From IMG/VR virus record IMGVR_UViG_3300032247_001523, positions 1 to 51,227 of that record: DNA of 51,227 nt; one strand, written 5' to 3'. The notes under the pieces were generated by a model. The model was given only the letters and a program-made list of their open reading frames with translations, was not told where the DNA came from and searched no databases. Position numbers and translations under genes: made by a program. How positions within the stretch are numbered: the stretch's first letter is position 1; every line of letters begins with the position of its first letter. The stretch is from a virus. Taxonomy: Duplodnaviria > Caudoviricetes. Below, piece by piece: positions 1-9,452 of the stretch.

Positions 1-1033
1 CTGTCAGTCTGGTAATCAGTGGCTGTTTGATTTCATCCGGGATGGCTTCTACTGTCAAAAACAATTCTCTAAATACTGGACTGATACAAATCTTGTCAAT
101 GCTGTTGGCTTCAAACCAATCAAACAGTTCATCAATACGCCACACATTGATTGCAGTAAGCACACAGTTTACTACACTTCCGTAGTTCTGGTAAACAAAT
201 AAGGCATTCTTTTTAACCGTTTCCCAATTGGCGCCACGTCGTTGATACTCGATTACGTCTTCGACACCGTCTATGCTGATGGTATAGAACACATCTTTGA
301 ACTGCTCAAATCGTTCCAGCATTTTGCGTGGAATACTGGATGCATTGGTAATCAAGGTGATGCGTACATCCTTGGCACGATCCTGTTCAATCAATTGATC
401 AATCAGTTCTTCCACTTGTGGTTGTAAAATTGTTTCTCCGCCGGTCAAGTTGATGATCTCCACGTTCTTCAACAGTTCGTAGAAGTCAGTGTCGGCGGGA
501 TTCAATTTCAGTGTCTGAGTGCTGTCCAAGAAATTTATTTCAAAAGTATGACGCTTGCTACTGGCACCGCCAGCGCACATCACACATTCATAGTTACAGT
601 AGTTGCTGGGATAATAGTCCACTGTCAACAGTTTGTCAGTTTTGTAATCGTTGGCCACAATCTCTTTGACTTCTTTGACAATGTCGATACTCAAAAAGTC
701 TGCATAAAATTGATTGTTCATCTTGCGTGCCGACACCGCACCAGTGCGATCATTAAATGCACAGGCTTGGCAACCCACTGCGTCTTCTACTGTGCCTTCG
801 ATAAATGCTCGACGCAATGCAATCCATCGCGGACTGTTACGTGCATCTTGTATGTTAGTGTCGATGTCCCACGGTTGCATTTCTGTGCGGTCAAGAATAA
901 CACTACAAGGCCGAATACTATTCTTGGCTTCTGTGGTCCAGTCCACATGGTTGGTTTGATAGAACCCATTGAAGAATGGATACAAGCACACCTGTGGGCC
1001 CAGTTCTTTGTATATTGTGTCGATGTTATTCAT
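1..1033 (-). CDS. Radical SAM protein with N-terminal Twitch-like domain (#6 of array; 3' end runs off the window; absent from the ORF track)
   Basis: Hand translation from ATG at 1033: MNNIDTIYKELGPQVCLYPFFNGF...IRPCS...GCQACAFND...YPSNYCNYECVMCAGGASS...INLTGGETILQP. Contains CxxxCxxC and GGE motifs. The start overlaps the stop of 1026..2234. Confidence 0.9.
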   Translation of the reverse strand, partial: MNNIDTIYKELGPQVCLYPFFNGFYQTNHVDWTTEAKNSIRPCSVILDRTEMQPWDIDTNIQDARNSPRWIALRRAFIEGTVEDAVGCQACAFNDRTGAVSARKMNNQFYADFLSIDIVKEVKEIVANDYKTDKLLTVDYYPSNYCNYECVMCAGGASSKRHTFEINFLDSTQTLKLNPADTDFYELLKNVEIINLTGGETILQPQVEELIDQLIEQDRAKDVRITLITNASSIPRKMLERFEQFKDVFYTISIDGVEDVIEYQRRGANWETVKKNALFVYQNYGSVVNCVLTAINVWRIDELFDWFEANSIDKICISPVFRELFLTVEAIPDEIKQPLITRLT

Positions 1034-2234
1034 AACCCATTGCCTTTGCTATTTCGGGATGTGTGTCTGCAAAATTTTGTTCACGGTACTGATCAGTACG
1101 TTTCATCTTGAACAGAAACTCTGATCCATCACTGCCCGGACCTTGCTCGATAAAAGTTATCAAGGAATTGATTTCTTGCTGATAGTGTGCTGTGGTCCAA
1201 AATGTTGTTTTGAGTTTGTCAAGTACCAATTCTCGAGCAGCCGGGGTCATGTGTTGTACACTCATGTGATCGGGGCTGTGCATCATGTTGAAATAGATGT
1301 CCCCAAATCCTTTTCTGTCTGCCCAGGCCAACAATTCATCTAGATAGTAAACATTCTGTACATTGATGGTAAAGCAAAGCTGTGTTGTGATATTCGGATA
1401 GGTGAGTTTTAATCCGTGTACGCTATCAATGATTTTGTTTGCCTGGGCCCAATCGGCACCGTAGCGTTCGTATTCAAAACGTGGGCCAACATTGTCAATG
1501 CTGAACGCAATATCAACTCGACCCAGATGGCTCAACAACGGTACCAGTTCTGTGGCCGGTTGTGTGGCATTGGTATTGTAGTGTATGTCGATGTTCTTGC
1601 CGTATCCTTGATCAACAGCAAATTTTAACAATTCAAAATGTTCTTGAATCATCCAAGGCTCGCCGCCGGTAAATTCCATGTACTTGATATTGGGCAGTAG
1701 TGTTTTCAAGTTGTCCCAAAACACTTCGCTTTTGCGCGGCCAGGCGCCTTGCTTGAGCCAGGTATAGGCAATGTGTTGTTTCTTGTCGGCTTTTTCCGAG
1801 TATGCCAATTCTTCTTCGGCCCACTTGCTACTTGACCAAGATCCGCAAATACGGCATTTCAAATTGCAGATGTTGCCCAGTTTTAAATCAATGAACCAAA
1901 GTTGATCCGGTTGGTCGTTGGCAAAGTCCACTTCGGGATACAACTCCTTTAGTCTGACCTGTGTATGCATACGTTTGCTGGTACGCCCAGCAGATTCTTC
2001 ATCCCAACAGCGATTACAAGTGGCGGGTTTTTCTCCAGCACGAAACTGTTGGCGCAGGCCCTGCATGTATTTGCTGTTGTAAATTTCTTTGAGAGTGGCG
2101 GTGTTTAAATCGTACTTGTTTCCGCTGTCATCGGTGATTTCTTCATGTGCCATACAGCAAGGCCGGGCCGAGCCAATTGGACTGGTCTCAATGCTGATCC
2201 AAGGCAACATACAAATAGTATTAGGTAGGGTCAT
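1026..2234 (-). CDS. Radical SAM protein with N-terminal Twitch-like domain (#5)
   Basis: CMLPW...RPCC...CNRCW precedes CNLKCRIC and FTGGEP; C-terminal D..R..NF...HPE. Confidence 0.92.
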   Translation of the reverse strand: MTLPNTICMLPWISIETSPIGSARPCCMAHEEITDDSGNKYDLNTATLKEIYNSKYMQGLRQQFRAGEKPATCNRCWDEESAGRTSKRMHTQVRLKELYPEVDFANDQPDQLWFIDLKLGNICNLKCRICGSWSSSKWAEEELAYSEKADKKQHIAYTWLKQGAWPRKSEVFWDNLKTLLPNIKYMEFTGGEPWMIQEHFELLKFAVDQGYGKNIDIHYNTNATQPATELVPLLSHLGRVDIAFSIDNVGPRFEYERYGADWAQANKIIDSVHGLKLTYPNITTQLCFTINVQNVYYLDELLAWADRKGFGDIYFNMMHSPDHMSVQHMTPAARELVLDKLKTTFWTTAHYQQEINSLITFIEQGPGSDGSEFLFKMKRTDQYREQNFADTHPEIAKAMGYE

Positions 2235-3564
2235 ATGTTCTCAACTCTGCAAATTCTGGAAATACTGACCAAAAGTCTTCGCTACGCACTTGATCTAGTT
2301 TGGCTGTTTCTTCAATGAAACGAGGCCAATGTTGAGTGGCATGATTGGCCTTCATCAAACTCAATATACTTTGGTATCCTGTGGTTGCGCGACGCAAATT
2401 ATCCTGCGGATCTAACCAAGCAATGTGTTCTTCGTAAGCAGGATAGATGACCCGTTGTTTGAATTCTTCTGGGAATACATCTGCACGATACCATTCGGGA
2501 CTCTGACAGATGTTCACATTCCAATCTTTGGCCTGTACCAATCCCAACCGTGTCCATTCCTTATGGAAATCCAGCACATGTAACACATTCATAGAACTGA
2601 CGGTACTGCTGACATAAAAATCCACGTGCGGTACTTCTCGCATCATGCGTTCTCTGTTTTCCACTGTCTGTGCCCAATCAGCACCTTTGCGTACCAATTC
2701 GGCCTGCGGACCCATTGCATCTAGGCTGGCACCCACTGACACATTCTTAAAATGCTTCCAGTACTCAAACACATGTTTGTCTTTGAATGCCATCTCACTG
2801 AAATTTGTATTGTACTGAATACGCACATCTGTTTTACCTGCCGCAATTAACTTTTCCAGTAGGTAATAGTGTTCTTTCATGATCAATGGCTCGCCGCCGG
2901 CAAAGTAAACTTGCTCGAGATATGGAATATGTTCTTCCATTTGTGCAATCATTGAATCTTCGTCCCCAGCTGTGTATTCTACACGAGCCATGTCGCGTCC
3001 TAGGACATCGGGAACACGGTTATATAATTTAACGTGGTCGTTGTACCAATTACTACTAAAGATAGGACCACAACTGCGACAACGGAAATTACATAAATTG
3101 CTAAAGCGAATATCCCAGTATCTGATTTTGAATTCATTGTGTGCTCCATCTGCTTGTGTGTTTTTGATTTCTTTGATCATGTGCCCGTAGTTACGATTGG
3201 CATCGTTACGCATACTGAATGCACCGTGTTTCTCTTGCTCATAGCATTTTGTACATTCTTTGCTGGGCTGGTCTTGAAGCATGTTGCTACGCAGGGTCTT
3301 GTACTTGTCCTGGTTCCAAACTTCTCGCATGGTGTTTTTACGCAAGTCCCCAACTGGATGCCAGTAATCGGCTAGACAACACGGGTACACTCGCCCGTCC
3401 GGAAAGGCATGCATGTGCATCCACGGCAACATACAGAATGTTTCACTTTCTGTCAATTTGCGGTACTCTTCTTCGGTCAGCTCGTCTCTTGTGATAAAAT
3501 ACGGAGCACGAGCATTGTAGTCGTAGCCCTTCTTATAAAAACTTTTTACAGTATTGTCTGTCAT
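2221..3564 (-). CDS. Radical SAM protein with N-terminal Twitch-like domain (#4)
   Basis: CMLPW...YPCC...CTKCY, then CNFRCRSC and FAGGEP; C-terminal D..R..DF...FPE. Confidence 0.92.
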   Translation of the reverse strand: MTDNTVKSFYKKGYDYNARAPYFITRDELTEEEYRKLTESETFCMLPWMHMHAFPDGRVYPCCLADYWHPVGDLRKNTMREVWNQDKYKTLRSNMLQDQPSKECTKCYEQEKHGAFSMRNDANRNYGHMIKEIKNTQADGAHNEFKIRYWDIRFSNLCNFRCRSCGPIFSSNWYNDHVKLYNRVPDVLGRDMARVEYTAGDEDSMIAQMEEHIPYLEQVYFAGGEPLIMKEHYYLLEKLIAAGKTDVRIQYNTNFSEMAFKDKHVFEYWKHFKNVSVGASLDAMGPQAELVRKGADWAQTVENRERMMREVPHVDFYVSSTVSSMNVLHVLDFHKEWTRLGLVQAKDWNVNICQSPEWYRADVFPEEFKQRVIYPAYEEHIAWLDPQDNLRRATTGYQSILSLMKANHATQHWPRFIEETAKLDQVRSEDFWSVFPEFAELRTYDPT

Positions 3565-4910
3565 AGTGATTTATACCAGTCTGCCAAATGCGGAAAAGTG
3601 TCAACAAAGTTTTTGCCACGGCGTTGATCGTATTGTTGGTGAAATTGTTTAAAGTCGTTGAGCAAGGATGCACGATCAAATGTTTCGCTGTGCGGTGTTT
3701 TTACCACATCAAGATAATCTATAAGTCGTTGTACCTGATTGCGTTCCATTTGATGCAGGAACTCGTTGTTCCGGTAGTGCATCATCCAACCCATCAGTCT
3801 ATATTTGTATTGTGAACGTAGCTCGTCGGGCAAAACCAACGGTGATTGAAAACTTGGGAACCGCAATATATTTAGCGAGAAATTGGGATAGTCACTGCCG
3901 TACTCCTGTTTCCACTGCATGATGATGTCCAGAAACTGTGGCAGCGATTCCAGGCAGAGTGCATTGATGGTACACATCACATGCAGTCCACGCAGGCTGT
4001 TGCTCTGCATCAGTTTCTCCATGTTGTTGGCCCAATCTTCCCAGTTTAGACCGTCTCGAATATACTCGGCCTGTAGACCCACTGCCTCGTTGCTGGTGTA
4101 CAGATCTACCTCAATACCTTTGACGCTGTCAATGAAACGATCAACATCTACGTCTGTGCCCAAGTTGCTGTTTATGGCCAGTCGTGTGGTACTCTTGCCT
4201 TGATTGTTCTTGAACCAATCAATCAGTTTCCATGTTTCACCCGACATCAAGGGCTCGCCACCTGTTACCCTCAGCTCTTGTAGTGTTCGGTGGAGATCTG
4301 TTTCCCACCATTTGTGGAATGCTTCCACATAAGGATTAGTCTCGCCGAACTTGTACAGTTGACTGCTATCATGAGTGTGAGTAAAATGGTTTCGGCCGTC
4401 GCTGACCAATTGGTTATAGGGTCCATGTTGTTTAAGATCTTTGACCCAAGTGCTAGAGAAAGCAGGATTACAATAACTGCAAGCAAACTGACAGGTACGA
4501 TCAAAGGCAATTTCCAATGTTTGAAGATCAACGTCTTCGCTACTAGGTGTTTGAAAAGCATGTGTCAGGTCCTGATCTGAATATATAACCGTTTTATAAA
4601 CACGGTCACTGATGTTGTCACGGCCGATATCTTCAATTTTCCAGCAGTATTCACAGCCTGCGGGACGTTCGCCTCGTTGCATCTGCTCACGTTCCATCTT
4701 TTTCTTTTGTGTGTTATGCAAGGCCTTGGGATTGGCAATTACATCTTCGACATTGACCTTGTGTGGAAGCGGGTGATGGCAACTGGTGGTCATGCCCGAG
4801 CCCAGCCAGATGGTGGCGTTATACCACTTGGCCCCGCAAAAGCTGTCGCTCTTGATGTCGATTACTCGACGTTTGTATTCTAGGTCTGTTTCGTTAGATA
4901 TGCGCGGCAT
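3561..4910 (-). CDS. Radical SAM protein with N-terminal Twitch-like domain (#3, CxAKW subtype)
   Basis: CGAKW...SCHHP...CEYCW, then CQFACSYC and VTGGEP; C-terminal DQRRGKNFVDTFP. Confidence 0.92.
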   Translation of the reverse strand: MPRISNETDLEYKRRVIDIKSDSFCGAKWYNATIWLGSGMTTSCHHPLPHKVNVEDVIANPKALHNTQKKKMEREQMQRGERPAGCEYCWKIEDIGRDNISDRVYKTVIYSDQDLTHAFQTPSSEDVDLQTLEIAFDRTCQFACSYCNPAFSSTWVKDLKQHGPYNQLVSDGRNHFTHTHDSSQLYKFGETNPYVEAFHKWWETDLHRTLQELRVTGGEPLMSGETWKLIDWFKNNQGKSTTRLAINSNLGTDVDVDRFIDSVKGIEVDLYTSNEAVGLQAEYIRDGLNWEDWANNMEKLMQSNSLRGLHVMCTINALCLESLPQFLDIIMQWKQEYGSDYPNFSLNILRFPSFQSPLVLPDELRSQYKYRLMGWMMHYRNNEFLHQMERNQVQRLIDYLDVVKTPHSETFDRASLLNDFKQFHQQYDQRRGKNFVDTFPHLADWYKSL

Positions 4911-6034
4911 GCATCTAGCTCCGGTATAAAGTCTTTAAGTTCAACACCACGACTTTCGTCCAGGGTATCGTTGTAATCAAAAAATTCTTCTAATGCTGGC
5001 AAGTTGAGAGGTGCTTCTGTTAGTTCGGCAATAAAGTAATCAACCTTGCCACGGAAGCTGTCATCTTGTGCATAGTGGTTACTTTGTTTTAGCAACTCTA
5101 GGTCTGCCAAGGCCAAAGCCTTGTTAGGGAATGTATGGAACATCTGCATGGGCGGATGGAACACACGGTTAAGCAGGATTAGTCCTCCGGGAAATTCTTT
5201 CTCCAAGAAGAATACCAACTTGCTGAGATTTGCAATATTCCAAATGCTCACGGTCACGTTGAATGCCACATTAGGAGTAATGGCTCGCAAGCCGTGTACG
5301 TTTTCAACAATGGTGTCCCAGTCAGCCGGCCAACGAATGTAACGATTGATTTGATCAAATCCATCAATACTGCACACAATGTTGAGTCCGCTGAACTGGC
5401 TCAACATATCTCGGTATTCTTTGTTGAGATTGGTAGCATTGGTATTCATACGAATCTCAATGTCTGTTTTGCCTGCGTCAATGGCCTTCTTCAAGAAGGT
5501 GCGAAACTCGGGCATAAGACTAGGTTCACCGCCGGCCACATAAATCTTTTTACAGGTGTCTAGATCAACCACTTCACTGAAACTAAAGCTCTTGGGTTCT
5601 GGTGTCCAGATCCAACCCAGCATCTTGTATTCTTTGGCCAATTGGCTACTGAATTGTGGGTTACACATACGGCAACTGAGGTTGCACAAATTGTCATTGC
5701 GAATGTCATAGTACATGAGCTCGGTTGGCACATCTTCAACTTTTTCAATACTAAGTTTGCGTACCCATTCGGCAGTATCGCGCAGTCGACTGGAGTCAGC
5801 ACCACGGTCTTCGTAGTTGTAGCATTCTTTGCAGTGAGGTATTCGTTCACCGGCAAGAATTTTAGAACGAATCTCCTGCATGGCAGGATCGTTCTTGAAA
5901 TCAAAATCTTTTGTGTATTTGCCAACCACTTCACCGTCGGCCAAACAACACAGTTTGATATCGTTTTTTTCGTTTACATGTAGATGCACAAATGGCAATA
6001 TACAAAAACTTTTGTTCTCATTGAGATTGAGCAT
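4880..6034 (-). CDS. Radical SAM protein with N-terminal Twitch-like domain (#2)
   Basis: CILPF...KLCC...CKECY, then CNLSCRMC and VAGGEP. Confidence 0.92.
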   Translation of the reverse strand: MLNLNENKSFCILPFVHLHVNEKNDIKLCCLADGEVVGKYTKDFDFKNDPAMQEIRSKILAGERIPHCKECYNYEDRGADSSRLRDTAEWVRKLSIEKVEDVPTELMYYDIRNDNLCNLSCRMCNPQFSSQLAKEYKMLGWIWTPEPKSFSFSEVVDLDTCKKIYVAGGEPSLMPEFRTFLKKAIDAGKTDIEIRMNTNATNLNKEYRDMLSQFSGLNIVCSIDGFDQINRYIRWPADWDTIVENVHGLRAITPNVAFNVTVSIWNIANLSKLVFFLEKEFPGGLILLNRVFHPPMQMFHTFPNKALALADLELLKQSNHYAQDDSFRGKVDYFIAELTEAPLNLPALEEFFDYNDTLDESRGVELKDFIPELDACRAYLTKQT

Positions 6035-7412
6035 GGTATTTACATTCCTTCCAAAATTCGATCATTTCAGGAAAAGTTGCCTGAAAGTCTGTGCCGCGTC
6101 GCTTGTCGTGTTCGTTAAAAAATCTATAAAAGTCTGCACGTTGCAGTTTAACATAAGCAGGATCAAGATTGCGACCTTCTCGCATCCAAGCAATATCGCG
6201 TCGCATACGCTGTACTTCATAGTCTTTGAATCCTCTAAATGGCCTATCTACAGTTTCCAAATTGGCTTCCATCCAATCGGCTATGTCTTCCAATCTGTCG
6301 GCATACACAGGTGGCATGATTTGCAAACTCTGCCACTCGGGTTTACGTAGAATAGGAGTATCAAACCACACACGTTGATATGTTGTGCTGTGCTTGCGTC
6401 TGAGGTCCAGGATCCATTGCAGTTGTTTCTTTAGGCCAACAATGCTGAGATTGTTCATGGTGATAATAAATGTCAGGCTGTTGCGATAGGGAATTTCTGT
6501 TAAAAATCTTTCCACATTGGTGGCCATTCTAGAATAGGTCAGGCCATGTCTGATATATTCTGCTTGTTTGGGTTCGCCTGAATCCAGACTCACATACTGC
6601 ATGAAATGTTCAATTTGAGTATTGCATAACTGTTTGACATAGCCAAGATACTTGTCTAATAGATTTTGTTCTACACTGAAATTACTGGTCACATTCAGGT
6701 GCAATTCAGGATTGGGCAGGGCCAACACATAATCAAATACTCGATAGGTATTTCGATCCATGAGTGGCTCACCACCAGTCATTCTGAAATGTTTTAGTTT
6801 GGGGTAAAGAGTGGGCCACCACTCCCAGAATGCATCTACGTAGGGATTATGTTGGCTTGCGGGTATAGGACGATTCCTACCAACAAAATGACTAGGATCA
6901 TTGTGAACAGTGCTCGTAGGATATCCGCCCCACCGATCGATTTCAGCCTGCCAAGAACTACTAAACTGTGGACTACAATAGCTACAAGACAAATTGCAAG
7001 CATGATTAAAATTGACTTCAACATAACTAGGGACAACATTGTTTTCATCTCCTGTAGAGTTTTTGATTTGTTCGTAGTGTTCGGCGGCCCATCTTTCGCC
7101 TGACCGATAATGCCTGTCACTCAGTTGCCCAAGGTCTTCCATGTTCCAGCAATATTGACACTCGCTTGGACGATCATGTTTGAGCATGATCCGGCGTTGT
7201 TCTTTTTTGTGTGCTGTGTTATGTAGTGCGCCAGGATTTTCTTTTAAGGGTGCCGCATCAATTTGATGCAATGGCGGATGATAGCAACTGTTGTTGAGAC
7301 CGGTGGGCAAGTGCAAGCTGACCTGCTGCCATTTGGCCAAGCACAGGCCTTCGCCAAGATTGTCTTTCATCCATTCAGCATTGGCTTTGAATTTGCTTGA
7401 TTGATCACTCAT
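6018..7412 (-). CDS. Radical SAM protein with N-terminal Twitch-like domain (#1, CxAKW subtype)
   Basis: CLAKW...SCYHP...CQYCW, then CNLSCSYC and MTGGEP; C-terminal DKRRGTDFQATFPE. Confidence 0.92.
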   Translation of the reverse strand: MSDQSSKFKANAEWMKDNLGEGLCLAKWQQVSLHLPTGLNNSCYHPPLHQIDAAPLKENPGALHNTAHKKEQRRIMLKHDRPSECQYCWNMEDLGQLSDRHYRSGERWAAEHYEQIKNSTGDENNVVPSYVEVNFNHACNLSCSYCSPQFSSSWQAEIDRWGGYPTSTVHNDPSHFVGRNRPIPASQHNPYVDAFWEWWPTLYPKLKHFRMTGGEPLMDRNTYRVFDYVLALPNPELHLNVTSNFSVEQNLLDKYLGYVKQLCNTQIEHFMQYVSLDSGEPKQAEYIRHGLTYSRMATNVERFLTEIPYRNSLTFIITMNNLSIVGLKKQLQWILDLRRKHSTTYQRVWFDTPILRKPEWQSLQIMPPVYADRLEDIADWMEANLETVDRPFRGFKDYEVQRMRRDIAWMREGRNLDPAYVKLQRADFYRFFNEHDKRRGTDFQATFPEMIEFWKECKYHAQSQ

Positions 7413-8205
7413 TGGATTTTAAATCACTTCTTTTAAGGGTTTCTTGGTCTATATCATTATACAACAACAAGGAAGATGTGTCAATATTATCGGCTTTCCA
7501 ATTGACTAGCTCGTGCTTATGCTGATTATATAAATCAACAATAGGTGCAGTTTTTCCCAGATCACAATAGGTATTCCAACAGAATTCGAACAACGGATCA
7601 ATATAGCTGTCTAGTTCTGTCTGCATAATTTTGTAAAATTCATTTTCTTTTGCAATTTCAAATTTATCAATAGTTGGCGGGTACAGGGTATAATAGTCAT
7701 GGTGCCATGTAATAGAGGCCCATGCCGAGTTCAGTTCTATCGGGATTGTAATGGTCGACAACTGTTGATAAGTTTCGTTTTTGAGTGCTTCAGGCAAAGC
7801 TTCATACTCGTCAATGGTGGAAATAGTGGGCCAGCCGACATCCTTGATTGAATTGTATGTGAATAACAGTTGACTGTCCTTGTTCTGTAACGGAGTATAT
7901 AATCTAATTCCATCGTGTATCCATTCTCGTCTTAGACTTTTTTGAAAATCAGTATCTAAAAAAATTATACGATCGGGATCAAGCATCTGTTGGATTTGAT
8001 CATGATTAAGGCAATGTGTCAAATAATATTTGCCGGTGTGTACTAGTGGAACAGACCCGTTGAGATATCTAGCTTCAAACGGTTGATTGACAAAATTTTT
8101 ATCGTACGTGATTCCGGGTGTGGAGAATTCTTTATTCGACAGCATGCGAAGATATCTATGTCCGCCGCCGCCAGGATAAAATGCAATTACTGTGATATCA
8201 TTCAC
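7405..8205 (-). CDS. Hypothetical protein, possibly P-loop/sulfotransferase-like
   Basis: 266 aa ORF overlapping both neighbours; N-terminal beta-strand plus Gly loop (VIAFYPGGGGHRY); visibly AT-richer than flanking genes. The fold assignment is weak. Confidence 0.6.
   Translation of the reverse strand: MNDITVIAFYPGGGGHRYLRMLSNKEFSTPGITYDKNFVNQPFEARYLNGSVPLVHTGKYYLTHCLNHDQIQQMLDPDRIIFLDTDFQKSLRREWIHDGIRLYTPLQNKDSQLLFTYNSIKDVGWPTISTIDEYEALPEALKNETYQQLSTITIPIELNSAWASITWHHDYYTLYPPTIDKFEIAKENEFYKIMQTELDSYIDPLFEFCWNTYCDLGKTAPIVDLYNQHKHELVNWKADNIDTSSLLLYNDIDQETLKRSDLKSNE
7456..7484 (-). promoter_or_regulatory. Consensus sigma70-type promoter for the radical SAM array, embedded in the upstream gene
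   Basis: Minus strand reads TTGACA (7484-7479), 17 nt, TATAAT (7461-7456), about 45 nt upstream of the ATG at 7412. Confidence 0.8.
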
Positions 8206-9100
8206 GTACCATCGGTCCTAGATTTTTGTATTGCGATTTGTAGTGATGTTTAAAAAACATACTGGCCTCGGCATCCATGTCCACAATGGGCATGCCCAGT
8301 CTGCGGCGCAGTTGATTGCCCAGGTCCGTGCAGTATTCAGGTTCGGCCTTTGACTCGTACTCGTTCCACAATTGTTTAAGCACATCAAAGTCTTGCACTT
8401 GTGTATGGTCCCAATCACTCAACATGGTCAAGTATGTGCCCAGTCGTGCGCCATATATGGCATAAAAACCATTTTCAACATCGGCACCCACTGTTTGCCA
8501 AATGCACAGGTGATCGTAATTGCGACTGTGTACACGACGTTCAAATTCTTGCAAGGTGGGCCGTGTGCCACGATCCAGACACATTTTGACACCTTCTCTG
8601 AATCCGGCACGCCAGGCTTGAAATGCTGTACCATTGGGATATGTGGTACTGTAGCAGTCGTTCATGGCCCAGTACTTGGGATCAAAACAAAACTCAACAC
8701 TGGTTGCATCTGTGCCATCTGAATTTTCGTGTGTACGCATGTTGTACACAAACTCCTTGCTCCAACAGCTCATACCACCGTTACCGTACATGAGTCCGTT
8801 GATGATGTTGCGAGCTTTCCATCTAAATGCATGGCCTGCATGTTGATCAGTCAGTGTCAATTGTAAATTGAAAAAAGCAGGATCAGGTTTGTTGTCGCCA
8901 TCAATCAGCACAAACCAATCAGTGTCACTGGCATCAGCGGCGGCTTTGTGTGCGGCATCTGATCCCTTGACTCCGTCCACACGTTTGGCCCAAGGCACTG
9001 AATTTTGCAGTTCAATCCAAAACTCTTCTTTCTTGGGCTCGTCGTATGTTAGATAAATGCAGTCCAAGTCTGCTACATCAATGATTTGTTTTTCTGCCAT
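8198..9100 (-). CDS. Glycosyltransferase-like protein (GT-A fold, GT2-like)
   Basis: DCIYLTYDEP start; HKAAA helix followed by FVLIDGDN (DxD after a hydrophobic strand), the GT-A pattern. Confidence 0.65.
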   Translation of the reverse strand: MAEKQIIDVADLDCIYLTYDEPKKEEFWIELQNSVPWAKRVDGVKGSDAAHKAAADASDTDWFVLIDGDNKPDPAFFNLQLTLTDQHAGHAFRWKARNIINGLMYGNGGMSCWSKEFVYNMRTHENSDGTDATSVEFCFDPKYWAMNDCYSTTYPNGTAFQAWRAGFREGVKMCLDRGTRPTLQEFERRVHSRNYDHLCIWQTVGADVENGFYAIYGARLGTYLTMLSDWDHTQVQDFDVLKQLWNEYESKAEPEYCTDLGNQLRRRLGMPIVDMDAEASMFFKHHYKSQYKNLGPMVRE

Positions 9101-9452
9101 AGTGTTCTACGTTTGAATATTTGTCGTTGGGTCCCAATGCAATACTGGCTTTGTTCTTGACCACAGATTGTCCTGCATCGCTTTTTCTAACTCCGCCATA
9201 AATGGGCTGGCGCAAATCTAGCACAACCAGTTTGCCTTCTTTGACTCTCAGGGCTGGAGTACTGTGGCGGTGAAACTCATTGGGATCTTCTAGCACAATG
9301 TAGTTGCCTGCCTCAGGAAAGTCCGACTCCCATAAGCCAATTATAGTACCATCTTCGTGATAATACAAGCGGAATTGTTTGATAATTGTGGGCCTTTGGC
9401 GATCATATTCGGCCACCAACTCTAGTGCTTTAAGAAATTCTGGATCGTTCAT
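9078..9452 (-). CDS. Hypothetical protein
   Basis: 124 aa ORF overlapping both neighbours in the operon; no recognised motif. Confidence 0.7.
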   Translation of the reverse strand: MNDPEFLKALELVAEYDRQRPTIIKQFRLYYHEDGTIIGLWESDFPEAGNYIVLEDPNEFHRHSTPALRVKEGKLVVLDLRQPIYGGVRKSDAGQSVVKNKASIALGPNDKYSNVEHYGRKTNH

